A stretch of DNA of 62,068 nucleotides, counting the filler, from Basidiobolus ranarum (taxonomy: Eukaryota): NCBI GenBank assembly GCA_040143965.1. It is 15 parts of 15 records of this genome, joined end to end, with 100 filler letters (N's around TTAATTAATTAA, not from the genome) between each part and the next. Parts side by side here need not be neighbours in the genome. Positions count along the whole stretch, not along the records: positions 49,774 to 53,806 come from JASJQH010002147.1; positions 53,907 to 57,938 come from JASJQH010002148.1; positions 58,039 to 62,068 come from JASJQH010002149.1; 12 more parts are not named here. One strand, given 5' to 3'. The position numbers and the translations under genes were made by a program. Positions 50,030-62,068 of this stretch are shown piece by piece. The notes under the pieces are model-generated. The model saw only the letters and a list, made by a program, of their open reading frames with translations, was not told the DNA's origin and searched no databases. Numbering within the stretch: the first letter of the stretch is position 1; each line of letters opens with the position of its first letter.

Positions 50030-52759
50030 ATGTGCTCTTGTATTCCAAGCAAAAACCACGTTAAGCTAGTGAATAGTTGTTATCCGACTGGTGTTGAGAA
50101 AGGTCCCAAACAAAGTGAGCTCGCCTACCTAACTTACTATGCTTCTTCGAGGCCGGCCAAGCTCCTTAAGGTTTCGGCCTATTTGGAAAAATGTTTACTA
50201 AGAGATTTATACAAGAAAAACTGGGAGTAAGTTCAGGACGCAATGTTGTTTTGCTTTTAGACCTATTTTTTAACACGATAAACATGATTAGTGGTGTCAA
50301 AGTTGCTCTCAAAATCTTCCGACAATTAACTGAGGACTGCGAAAAAGATCTAAATTTATTTGCGAAGAGTACTACAAGGGTCACAGAGAAGTGTTTATCT
50401 GAAAATGAAGTTGCATGGTGTGCAGGAACAATGGTAAATTCAATCCACATACAAACACACTCCTTTATGTCTACTGAACTGTTTTCGATTTTTGCCCTTA
50501 ACATATAGTTTCATGACTTTTGTATTCACTTTGATGCAACAACCATTGGTGTTGATGAGGATTTGACCATCAACATGGATTGTTTGGTTACGAAATTCTG
50601 TGAATTAGCTTGCTATAGTAAAGAAAACGGCTCGAATCAAAAGTAAGTGGAATTGAAATTCTTAATTTAAAACACCTTGAATGCTAAGTAAAGTAAAGCT
50701 ATAGATTATTAGGCTTATATGGAATCTATTCTATGTTGATTTCTCCACTTATGAAAGCAACACATTCCAAGGCTTATTACACCAAATTGGTTTATGGAAT
50801 TTTAAATAATATCTCTCAACTTGATGTTCCACAAACTGGGTAAGTATAAAATACTGATTATTCTCTACATAATGCTTCTAATGATTCGATTGTATTCAAT
50901 CAGTTTCAAAGAAGTGATTACCTGGGAGTCATTTGAACCTTCAAACGAGAAATCTTCCGACGAAAGTCAAGTTAATTTGGTTGCGCTCAAGTGTTTCCAG
51001 CAGCTTTTAGATAGTAGTACACCGTTGAATTTGTTTTTGATAGTAGATTCTGTGTTTAGGTATTTCTTTTCACGTTATTGCACATGCCAATTACACCTGA
51101 CTAACGAATTAGTTGTAGCTATATAGCCAAATACCAGTTATACGAAAATTCTCAATTTCCCATTGATGTGATTTCATTTATGATGTCAACAGTAGCGGTA
51201 ATTCGTAGTTCCCTGATGTGTTCTATCGTAGGCGAGGCTAGCTAAATCCATATATTTCTATTTAGTCGTCGTACTGCCACATTATTGTAAATGAGATGTT
51301 AAAGCTATTGAATGATTGTCCGATGGACGAAGCCAGTCATAAGAACGTTACACTGGTTAAGGTAGTTGAATCCAGTCTAAACTCCTCTACAGCTAGTGTT
51401 GGAATCTCCGTTCTCGAATATCTAAGCTCTTTTGTTGGCCACCTTCGAGCAATCTATAGTGGTAGTGAGGCAGCCAACATGACCGTAGAGTTTTCTCCCT
51501 TAGGGATGGATCTCAAGTGCGGATTGTTGTCAGCAATAAGTAAATATATTAGTGACTTCCACTTGAATCAACTACATACACATACTGACATCAAACTTGT
51601 AGCCGGCTTAGGAACACATCTGTATTACTCAGAGCAGATCAACGACATTTTAGCATTTTTGATCAATAAGCTACAACCTATTGAAACCGCCATTCCGGTC
51701 ACCTCTTTTCAGCTTGATTTACTCAAATGTATGAGCACCTTAACTGAAACCAACAACAAGTCAAGAAACGATGTGCCTCTTCCCATCATCACACCCACTC
51801 TATCATATCTCACTAACGAAAGCATTATCGTGCGGAACGAATACACACGCTTTCTTAGCGGCTCGTTAACACCCGTTCAGCGAAATTCCACATACACACA
51901 TTCACGCAATGCATCTACCGCACTAGCAGATCAAGCATCGAATTTGAAATTTAGATCTGATTTGCACAATAGACTGCTTGACTATAGTACCAAGGAACAG
52001 CTGACCACGTCCGATTATACCAATATTTTCTTCATCTTTAAAAAGTTACTTGATCGAGAATCGAACGACGAGTTGGTCCGAGCCTTACCTATCATATTTT
52101 ATATTCACAGATCCTCGGTTGAACCTGGGATTGTGGATCAGCTTTTGTTGGATTACTTACTTTATGCTGGTGATCTCTTGAAGATCGACAACCTGTCCGA
52201 GTATTCCCGTCGTTTGATCCAAGCCAGAAAGGATGAGGGTTTATGGTGTGAAGAAACGAAGGGTTCTATAATCATTCGATCAGAGAAACAGTATGTGTCG
52301 ACAGAGGAGGTCAGAAATATTTTGAAGCATGAAGAGCAGCTGAACCAACTTTTCCCGGATCTGAACGAACGATTAGATGCTGTTTATGAGTCAGGTGCGA
52401 CGAATATACTAAAATTCATTCATTCGGAGCCTCCAAAAGACCAATTAGTATCCAACACAAAACTCCCCAAACTGTCGATGCCCACACACAAGGCCCTCGA
52501 TTCCAACCCGGCCCGGCGAAAACTGCCACCACAGGTTGAACAGTTTAGAGACGCTTTGAAAGTGAAATGTGGCAGCTCAATTGTTGATGATGACAGTGAT
52601 TCTTCGGAGTTATTGGCGAATTCTTATTCAACAGTTAAAAGATCCAGAACTGAAATAAGTACTCTTTTGAAGAGTATATCCGCCCATTCTTTGGGCAGTG
52701 CCATCTCTCTGATTGAAACGCCACATATGATTGCTCCTTCTGCTCCAGTGGCATTATAA
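50030..52759 (+). CDS. EFR3: Efr3 (plasma-membrane PI4K scaffold), multi-exon
   Basis: MCSC N-terminal Cys, HVKLVNSCYP...SELAYLTYYASSRPAKLLKV..YLEK, DLNLFA, LGTHLYYSEQINDI. Confidence 0.9.
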
Positions 52760-53225
52760 ACCATTATTAATTATCGAATCGCTTCTGAACAGGGTCGACC
52801 ATTCAGTAAATTTAATGAGCAAGCCTAATGATTTCTTTATTCTCCTCTTTCCACATCCATTGTTTGTACTAGTGGGCCTTAATTCTCTAGAGTTACCCTC
52901 AGCCCTCAACGCTAAGATCATTTAAGAATTAAAAGACATTTATTAATCACGTGCGAAATATGTAACATTGTCCATTAGATAAACTGAAACACGATTGTAC
53001 TACCTAATAATATCTGTCAGCTATATATGGGAAAATCTAGGATTTAGTTTACTCATTACCTCGCCATCGTGCGTACATAACGCCACTAACTAACTTAAGC
53101 ATTCCAGTCATCACTTCCTTCCTTTCAAAATACCGAGGGACCTTCTATACATTTATTGTACCAAATCAATAGTGAATTTACTACTTTGAATTTTATTAGC
53201 TTATATCTGATTTTTATCAAGCAAA

Positions 53226-53806
53226 ATGTCTGCCTTTCAAAATTTGGTAGATTCTGGGGCTGATTGTTCCGGAGGAAATGGAATGTCAAAACTGATGAAA
53301 AGTTTTGGACAAGATCGTTCTCTACAACAAGTAAATTTCCCAAATAGTTTTCTTTAGTTAGAAGTCAGTATTTCTTTTCTTACATCCCATTTCTTTCAGG
53401 ATAGATTTGAAGGGAGTTATGGTGAAAGTTCCAGTCGTAATGTAAGTATTCTTTTCTCTTCAAGTGGATTCTTTGTTCAAAACTAATCATATGGTTTCAG
53501 GCTTTTAATAGACCCATCACTTCAAACGCTATGGAGCATAATGTAAGTTGTCATATACCTTTATTAGGAAGAGTAACCTCACCATTTTACTAAATCCCTT
53601 CTCTTGACAAGTTTGCTGAGGAGTTTCTACAAGAAAGTGGCCAACATCAGGAAGGGTTCAACTTTTCGAAGTTAGATCGAGAGCTAGATAACATTCAAGT
53701 ACACATGCCACCTTCACAAAGAAATCAAGATTGGGCCAATGATTTTATGAGATTTAATGGAGGTGTTGAAGAATTAGGACCAAATTTCAATGAATTTCAA
53801 CAATTT
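53226..53806 (+). CDS. PEX5: Peroxisomal PTS1 receptor Pex5, 5' fragment
   Basis: ADCS..N.M...QDRSLQQDR N-terminus with conserved Cys; WxxxF motif DWANDF; 3 introns; not in ORF track. Confidence 0.8.
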
Positions 53807-53906
53807 NNNNNNNNNNNNNNNNNNNNNNNNNNNNNNNNNNNNNNNNNNNNTTAATTAATTAANNNNNNNNNNNNNNNNNNNNNNNNNNNNNNNNNNNNNN
53901 NNNNNN

Positions 53907-56816
53907 GTTTCCAAAAAAGTGTCTATCATGCTATTCCAAGCTCTTGGAGATTGTTTTAAGCCATAGAGTGTTTTCCAGAGTCTGCAAACTTTTTAGGATT
54001 TGATGGGTCCACAAATCCATCTTTCTGGTCCATATAGATCCTCTCAGCAAGCTCACCACTCAAAAAAGCAGTTTCAACATCCATTTTATGTATAATTAAC
54101 TGATATTTAGCTGAAGTTGCTAAAACAAGATAATTGAATTAAACTTTGCTTCAGGAGCAAAAGTTTTGGTATAATCTATTCCTGGTGTTTGGGAGTAGCC
54201 TTTGGCTACTAGTCTAGCCTTGTACCTTTCTATATTGTCATCAGAGTTGTATTTAGCTTTAAGCACCCATTGTCAGCCAATTCATTTTCTATCATCAGGT
54301 GGGTAAGTTATAATCCAAGTTTGATTATCAATCAAATCCTGGTTCTCTTCAGCCATTGCAGATATCCAAAATATTATGTGAGGGCCATTCAGGGCCTCTT
54401 TTACAGTCTGGGGTTCATGTATTTGAGCTATGCATGGATATGCCCAATTTTGAGACTCATTGATACAGTTATCAGGGCTATTTCTGATCCAATTTGATCT
54501 CCTTGTTTGGGATCAAGGTACTACAACTTCTGGCATTGTTTTGGGCACTTCAGTAGGCAAAATGTTGCTTGAAGGGTCCACAGGAATGCCATTTTCTTCA
54601 TTGTTTTGGTTTGAATAAATTTGATTGATTGGATCAGGAGAAAATTGATTTTTATCATCATCTGAGGTCATTTTGGGTGAAACTTTTCATTTTTGTTGAA
54701 TAAAACAACCCTGGACTTGATTAACTTGGAAATTTCAGTATCATAGAGTCTGTAGGCCTTAGTTCAAGTACAATAACCCAGAAATATGCATTTCTTACTT
54801 TTTGGATCAAACTTAGACCAATTCTTGGTCATAATTTTGACATAAGCAATGCATCCAACAATCCTCAAATATTTTACATCAGGTTTAACTCCAAACCAAG
54901 CTTGATATGGGGTAGAGTTTGACAGACTTCTAGTAAAACTCCTATTTTTCATATAAACAGCTGTAGCAACAGATTCCATGCAAAATTATGAGATAAATTT
55001 TGTGCATTTATCATAGAGCTTGCCATTTCTATTTTAGTCCTGTTAGCTCTTTCAGCAACTGCATTTTGTTGAGGTGAATAGGGGGCAGTAGTTTCTTGCT
55101 TAATTCCATGAACTTTGCAAAAGTGCCTAAATAGTGTTGAAGTATATTTGCCACTGCTATCAGTGTGTATTTTCTTGATTTTAGTTCCAGTTTCAGTCTC
55201 CACAAGTGTTTTAAAATATCTACAGATAGAGAGAGCTTCTTCTTTTCTTTCCATAAAGTAGACCCAAGTGTATCTTGTATAATCATCAATACATTTGATG
55301 AAATATCTTTTCCACCTAAAGATAAATTTTGCACAGGTCCACACAAATCTGAATGAACTAGATCCAATTTTTTGACAGATTTGATTAAACCAGAGCTCTT
55401 GAACAGTTGCCTGGCTTGTTTTCCATATTTACAACCCTCACAAATTTCCATTTTGGTTGGGAGGTTAGTTTGAATTCCAGAAATTAGGCAATGTTTGATC
55501 ATTATGCTCAAATGATCTAATCCAATATGACCAAATCTCTTATGCCATAATTGAATAGTTTCTTGATTGGAATAACTTAGATTTACACATATACCTCTTA
55601 GATTATATGTAAGTTTGTATAAGTTCTGAGCCTTTTCTCCCAAAGCTTAATAATTCCCATTTTGATCAGTGATGGTGCATCCTGACTTATCAAGATTGAT
55701 TTTAGCCCTTCTGAGGTGGCATTGCTTACAGATATTAAGTTCTTGGCATTATCTGGAACATGTAGTACATCCTTAAAAGTATATACTTTCTCTTCAGAAG
55801 CTACAGTTAAATTGACTTGTATTGTTCCCATTCCAACAGCATCCGAAGTGCAGTCATCTCCCATGAAAACCTTTCTAATTGGGATTTTTTAATATTCCCC
55901 AAACCAATGTTTTTCATTTGTGAAATGCTGGGAAGCTCCAGAATCAATATACCATGTCTGAGAATCATTCTTGGTAGTCATAGACAGAGCAGATATGAAC
56001 AAGTGATCTTCTGTTGTAACCACATTTTCAGATTCAGTATGATTTTCTTCTTTTTCCATTCTCTTAAAGTAATCTTTGCTTAAATGGCCAGTTCTTTTAC
56101 AGTAGTCACAGAATGTGTTACTTTTCTTCTTAAAGTGCTTTTGATCTTTAACGGAAGGTTTCCCATAGCCTATTACAGCATTTTCTGCATTATTTTGGTT
56201 GGATCCTGATTTGCATAAATCTTTATCCAGACATCTGCCAAATACACAATTTAAGGTCAAATTTTCAGTTCTCAATTTTGGAGCCATTATTAGGCTCTGA
56301 AACTCTTGTGGCCAGCTATTCAGGACTGTAACTATGATATCTTGATCAGTGGTAGGCACTCCAATGCATTCCATTTCATCCACTAAAATAGTGACTCTAT
56401 TGATTAGTGATTTAATGTTGTCTCCAGGCTTTATCTTTAAGTTAAATAATTGTCTTCTTAGAAACATGGTGTTAGCAGCAGAGCTTGTTTGGTAGGTGTC
56501 TTCCAGGCCTTTTCATACCTACTTGGCAGTTTTAGCTCTTTAACAATGAATTAGCAATTTGTCTTTAACATGAAGACAAATTGTGTTAGATGCACTTTGT
56601 TTGTTCTTAACCTGGAGTAAAGCTTTGATCTCAGATAGTTTTGTATTGTTTTCTTCCCCTACAACAGTGTCCCAAAGTCCTTTTTCTTGTAGCAGCATTT
56701 TCATTTTAAATTTACAAACTCATTAATTGGTTCCATCCAATTTCTCAGAAGAGTGAAAAGTTCCATAAATTTGAGAAGTAGACATTACAGAGCATGCAAG
56801 ATTAGGGCTCATCACC
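53907..56816 (-). mobile_element. Copia family-1 internal region (gag, protease, integrase, start of RT); PBS at 56805-56816
   Basis: [58 protein letters not shown] rc GGTGATGAGCCC. Confidence 0.93.
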
Positions 56817-57150
56817 TGTTAAAGTCTTTTGGATCCTGCTGACAGTGGTTTGGAGAATTAGAGAAATTGGTGTTTTTACTGACTGATTTATTGAGTAGAA
56901 AGTTGGCATTTATAGTTTTGTCAAGATGTATGCAAACTAACATGTAGAATGTGACATGGAAGGTCCCAGGAACATATGTGCAAAGTTTGGGGCTGCTAGC
57001 ACAAGTTTGAAAAAATCTATATATCCAAGAACTTCCAAGTTGGTAAAAATATTTAAGTAGATCCTCATTGAGAATAATGGATAGTATCTTAGTGAAGTAC
57101 AAGATGACTAAGTACTAAGTGATATACAACTATACAGGTGCTTAGGCATA
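56817..57150 (-). mobile_element. Family-1 5' LTR (outer end lost)
   Basis: rc of family-1 LTR adjacent to PBS. Confidence 0.88.
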
Positions 57151-57549
57151 TTGGGAAAATATGGGCTGTTTAGAGAAACTTTAGAAAAGTTGAGTTGTGA
57201 ATAGCTTTGTGAGACAATTGTTTATTTTCCAGAAATAAAGTATTTTTACTTTTTGGTGGGAACACAGAAAACTAACACTGTGGTTGTGTTTAGAAAATCT
57301 GTGGGAGTCAAATGAGCTATCTTTGGGGCAATTTGGACAAGTTTGAAATTTCCAATATGGAATTGCTAATTCTCACAATATTCACATATGTATATATAAT
57401 ATATGTTCCAATTTTCAGCTAAGTGATATTTGACTAAGTAATGTTAACTAACTTATATGTGATATATGAAATAGTTAGGTGTACAAAGATAGAGATCACA
57501 AATATGATAAAGACAATAAACTTCAACAAGGCAATGATAATTTCACCAG

Positions 57550-57765
57550 ATATAACTTTGGTTATCTTGAAATATTGTAGTGGCTGAGTTTTGAGAATAA
57601 TCAAATCTGTTGAGTGTTTTCTTAGCCATATTGCTTCTTTTGTTGCTTTGCAGGCAGTCATGTATTCTGCTTCTGTTGTTGAAAGTGATACAGTTGGTTG
57701 TTGCTTTGAATTCACATTAATAGCTCCTTCACAGTAAAGAAGTAAGTACCCTGTTGTAGATCTAG
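57550..57765 (-). mobile_element. Copia RNase H remnant
   Basis: SKQQPTVSLSTTEAEYMTACKATKEAIWLRK. Confidence 0.85.
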
Positions 57766-58038
57766 TTGAAAAAATTTTGTTAAACCCAGAACCTGTACTA
57801 GTTACTACAAGCTTACTTAGTGGGGTACTAATTCTTGCTTCAAGGGTATAAATTTATAAAACTAAATGTAATACAGTCAAAGATACTATCATCTGCATGA
57901 AAAATGGCATTTTGTCCCTAGAAAAAAATGACCATATANNNNNNNNNNNNNNNNNNNNNNNNNNNNNNNNNNNNNNNNNNNNTTAATTAATTAANNNNNN
58001 NNNNNNNNNNNNNNNNNNNNNNNNNNNNNNNNNNNNNN

Positions 58039-61000
58039 TTTCTGTTTACACCTCTGTTGATTACTCTTGCCATAGTTTCTTGAAATGTTGTTTTGAACTC
58101 TGCAAGCTCCATCAACAGTTGCTGCAAAGTCTCATTGACAAGTGGTAGATATCAATTTAGAACATCTTTTGTCTCTAAAGTTGAGGCTGCAACGGCCGCT
58201 TCCGGTCCATACAAGCAAAAATGCAATTGGAATTGTGTCTTTGCGGACTCAAAATCAAAATTTCTATTTCTCAACTCACGCTTTCTATCCTCATGAGGCT
58301 TATTGTATATTTTCTTGCAGACTTCGGAAGGCATGAAGATATAGTATTCTCTCCATAGCAGAGTTGAAAGTTGCTTCCACTTTTGTCTAATGCCCCCTTC
58401 CCCAGCTTCTGTCAAGTATATCAATAACTCCCATATATCCAAGCAAGAATTCATAGTGGATACCTGGGCATCTGTAAAATCGTCAGGCATGTGCTGCTTT
58501 GCACCACCCACACCTTCATTTGACTGCACGTGCAAAATTTTGGAAGTGGTTGTTTCCTGAGAGCTGCCATCACTTGCTCTGATGATGAATAGTTTTACAT
58601 TTTGGAAATTGTATGGACTCTTGCCTAAAATTAACTGGATTTGAGTCAATCATTGAAAAATCAAAAATCAGGCATTACTCTGGAGGTTTTTGACTTATTT
58701 CATGTGGTTTATCATCGGTTTTTGCAAGCAAGTGGCAATTGGCATGATATAGGAGTATTCATGAATCATCTCAAAAATGGATGCAATTATTGACTTGGAA
58801 CAGAAAGAAAAGCAGCTAAAGAAGTACTCAGGAGCAGGAAGTTAGTAACCTCAAGGCAAAAGCAAAAAAGCCATTGAGTTTAGGCTCAACTATCCCACCT
58901 ACTAAATTCTTCTTGACATTACAAAGATCTGCACTTGCAGAGCTGGATATATTGGCAAAAAGCTTTATTTCACCATGAAACCAGGTAAACCAGTTCAAAC
59001 AGCACTAAATGTGGACATTTATTTAGCACCCATCACCTCTCAGCAAGCCAAAACACCAGTAAGTAAAACTCACAACTCTCTAACCTCAATTGGTACTTTT
59101 CCAAGTGTTGAAATTAGCCCTAAACATAGAGGCTAGTGAAAAGCCACACAAACAGTGCAAAGCACCCTCAGTGGTGACACACTGGAAGGATGTATGAAAA
59201 TAGTAAAAGTGCTTGGGGAGTCTTTTCAAAAGTATTATGGGAAAAATGTAATGCAAGTATGCAGAAAATGGCTTCAGGAGAAGGACATTCAACTTGACAA
59301 TCAGTCTGGTGTTGATTGTGCAGATATCTGGGAAGAACTTTATTCAAAGTGGTGTAATATTGGAGGGTATCCACCAGAGAGCTGGAAGAATGTTACTTCA
59401 GCAATGTTAATACAAAGGTGGGCTTTGTTGAAGATATTGATACAAACTTGTGTTGGATTTGAGCTGAAACTGGGGTACAAAGACTCTATAAAATATTCAG
59501 GAGAATTTGTCAAAGATACTAGTGATTTTGAAGGTGACAAATAAGAATTCAAGTTGTAGATGTGTTAAATTTGAGTTACATTATTTGCAAATGTGTTGGT
59601 TCATTTTTCTCTGAGATTGTAGCCAACCATGTGCAACTATTTTGTAAGATCTTGAAATTTCACTCCTGAAACTGAAAAAATTGATTAAAATCAAGTCTGA
59701 CTTGATGATTTTTATGCTGTTAAGTAAATGATGAATCCCAAATGGATTAAAATTGCGATGGTCTTTCATCAATAACAATCCTCTAATTTCTGTTATTGCT
59801 GTGAGATGTTTCATGAATAGGCCTATGCTGGCTCAAATGCCATTTGCTTGGAAAATCCCAGTATAAGCCACACATGATAAGTCAGGAACCTTCAGGATAA
59901 AGCTTGGTTTTTAGTTTTTCCACAATTGTCTTAAATTGAGGGGATTTTTGGCAAGATTCTGCACAGTTTCCACAATTTTGAACCACTATCAACAGAACCA
60001 GTGATAGCAGCTCTATCATTCAGAGTCTTTTGTTTGCAGGCCTTCCTATGAGATTTCTACTTACATATTCCCATCCAATTTTGTGTTGCTGTGTAGGCTT
60101 GATGGTCCAACATATATTCTGCTCTGCTAGATTGTCTTGGTGATGTTCATATGTATGGTGTGGGATTGTTTGAGATCCCATATGAGAATGGATGTAGTGA
60201 TCAGCATTTTGCTGTAGCTCAAGTACACCAATCTGAATGCCTTGTATCATTGCCAAGTGAATCTCTAAATGTTGACCAGTTGCTTCAGAACACTGTATTA
60301 GTTGCAATATTGCAGCATTATTGCTTGTCATGGCCTATATAGCAACTTTGTAGTTTTTACTTAATAACACATACAAATCATTATGGTGTTCTACATGTGA
60401 TTCCCTTGTTGTAATTATTCTGTGTGAATTTTCTATGGAGGGTTGTTCAATACCTGGCAATGTAGCCATTTTGGTAGTTGATGGTCTTGACAACAAATAA
60501 CCAAGGTCAATATCTAGCAGCAATTCCTCAAAGTTGTCTGGACTTAATGGTTTGAACAAAGTTGCATTTCTGTATATATCATTCTGGTCATATATCTGTG
60601 GTTACTCCATGGTGTCTTGACTTTTGGCAGTGTTACCAAAACTTTGAGGCAAAGCACAGCCAGTGGACTCAGCAGGCAACATGAAAGTGAATTTTGTGCA
60701 CTTATTACTGTTGAAATTCAACAGGCTTTGTGCAGCTGGTGTCTTTGTACAGTAACCATGTTTGTGATTAATAATTTTATAAACCTACAGCCTTCATAGT
60801 ACAAGAATTTGTGGCAATAACAGCAGGCCTTCTTTAAACATTTGTGCTGCAGCATGAGAAGGATATTGTTGAAAAAAGAATACCTCCTATGTAAGGGTGA
60901 TATTTTTGGTATAGCCCATCAACATTATCAGCTGATTCTGAGATGGTCTCACAGATGAGTCATCAGGGGATTCACAAGGAATTTCTGGCAATGGATGGAA

Positions 61001-62068
61001 ATTTTGGTTTATTGTAAGCTGTTTCTAAGCAATTTCATAATACCAAGTTTACCATCAGAAAATTTCAATGCCTTTCAAAAAGTATTTATTGTCTAAATCC
61101 AAATTGGCTTCTTAGCAAAAGCTAGTTGGCAAAAAAGGAAAAAAACCATCAAGAACAGAGGACTTAATTGATGAGCAGTCTAGTGCTCCACTATCCACCT
61201 TGGAAGGTGTTAACATGCCGGACACTAACTCAAGTAATGAGGAAGCATTGATCAATATACCCACTGAGCTCCTTTCCAGCCATAGTGCAAGTGAAAAGAT
61301 ATGGCAATCTCCCAATTATGTAGTATATCATTTGTTGACAAAGTTGAACCAAAACAGCACCAAGACCAGCAACTTCCAAAATGGCTACTTTGCTAGCTAT
61401 TCAACAACCCTCTCTATAGAATTTGGATAGAATTATTACTACAAGGGAATTGCTGACAGAACATCATAGGGATTTGTATACAATTATGAGTAAAGGCTAC
61501 AAAGTTGCTATATGGGCCATGATGAGCAATAACACTGCAATATTGCAAATAATGCATCATTCTGGAGCAACAAGTGAACAGTTAGAGAGTCACTCATCAA
61601 TGATACAAGTCCTTAAAAATGCTGTACTTGTGCTACAGCAACATGTGGCTCTATCCATCATTTTCTTATGGGATTTCACTCAATCCAACACCATATACAT
61701 GAATGTCACCATGACAATCTAGCAGAGCAGAATATGGGTTGGACCAATAAGCCTGCACAACAACCCAAAGTCGCTTGGGCACATGGTAACAGAATTAAGC
61801 TAGGAAGAACGGAAAACCAAAAGACTCTGAATGTCAGAGCTGCCATCAATTGCTCTGATGATGAGTGGTTTCACATTGTTAAAACTGTGCAGAATCGCTT
61901 CAAAAATCACCTTGATTTGAGCCATTTGCTGAAAAACCAAAAACTAGGCATAACTCCAAGGTTTCGTGACCTAATTCATGTGCCATATTGTGGGTTTTTG
62001 AAAGCAAATGGCAATTGGGCTAGTATAGGCCTATGCATGAAACATCTCAAAAATGTAGGCAATTATTG
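58039..62068. mobile_element. Mosaic of CACTA-like family fragments in alternating orientation
   Basis: Myb-like ORF (-, 58039-58560), unnamed-ORF pieces (+ 58640-59600; - 59780-61080; + 61100-62068), mostly homologous to 24934-28280. Confidence 0.6.

Noticed and set aside
56812-57102. ORFs within LTRs (also 2954-3193, 3766-3975, 34259-34492)
   Set aside because: Not conserved as open frames among LTR copies
60708-60724. Palindrome CTGTTGAAATTCAACAG resembling fused LTR termini
   Set aside because: No TSD; lies in the frame of the cargo ORF; probably chance

Overview
This is not a contiguous locus. It is 15 unlinked ~4-kb contigs sorted by decreasing length (4065 to 4030 bp), joined by 14 identical 100-bp spacers (44 N + TTAATTAATTAA + 44 N). 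The DNA is eukaryotic, AT-rich and has many short (~55-100 bp) GT-AG introns. It is most consistent with an early-diverging fungus (Basidiobolus/Zoopagomycota-like, which is inference only). About one third is decayed, CpG-depleted transposon DNA. This includes two Ty1/copia LTR families with Ty5/copia-type half-tRNAiMet primer sites, heavily nested, and a degenerate multi-ORF CACTA/EnSpm-like DNA transposon family (Myb/trihelix ORF, transposase C-terminus, unnamed ORF). Host genes are VTS1, a Thp1/PCID2-family PCI protein, ETF-beta, a delta-9 desaturase, SYG1/XPR1, a Ras2/RasB-like GTPase, an Mme1-like carrier, RPS28, a C2-lipase, an SH3-SH3 proline-rich adaptor, a CBM18 protein, EFR3, PEX5, a glutathione reductase pseudogene and several small secreted or GPI proteins. 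The most notable item is missing from the ORF track: a frame-intact gene with at least 17 introns (38769->41398) encoding a kinesin-fold domain with a degenerate P-loop, deleted switch I and altered switch II, followed by a coiled coil, i.e. a candidate pseudokinesin.
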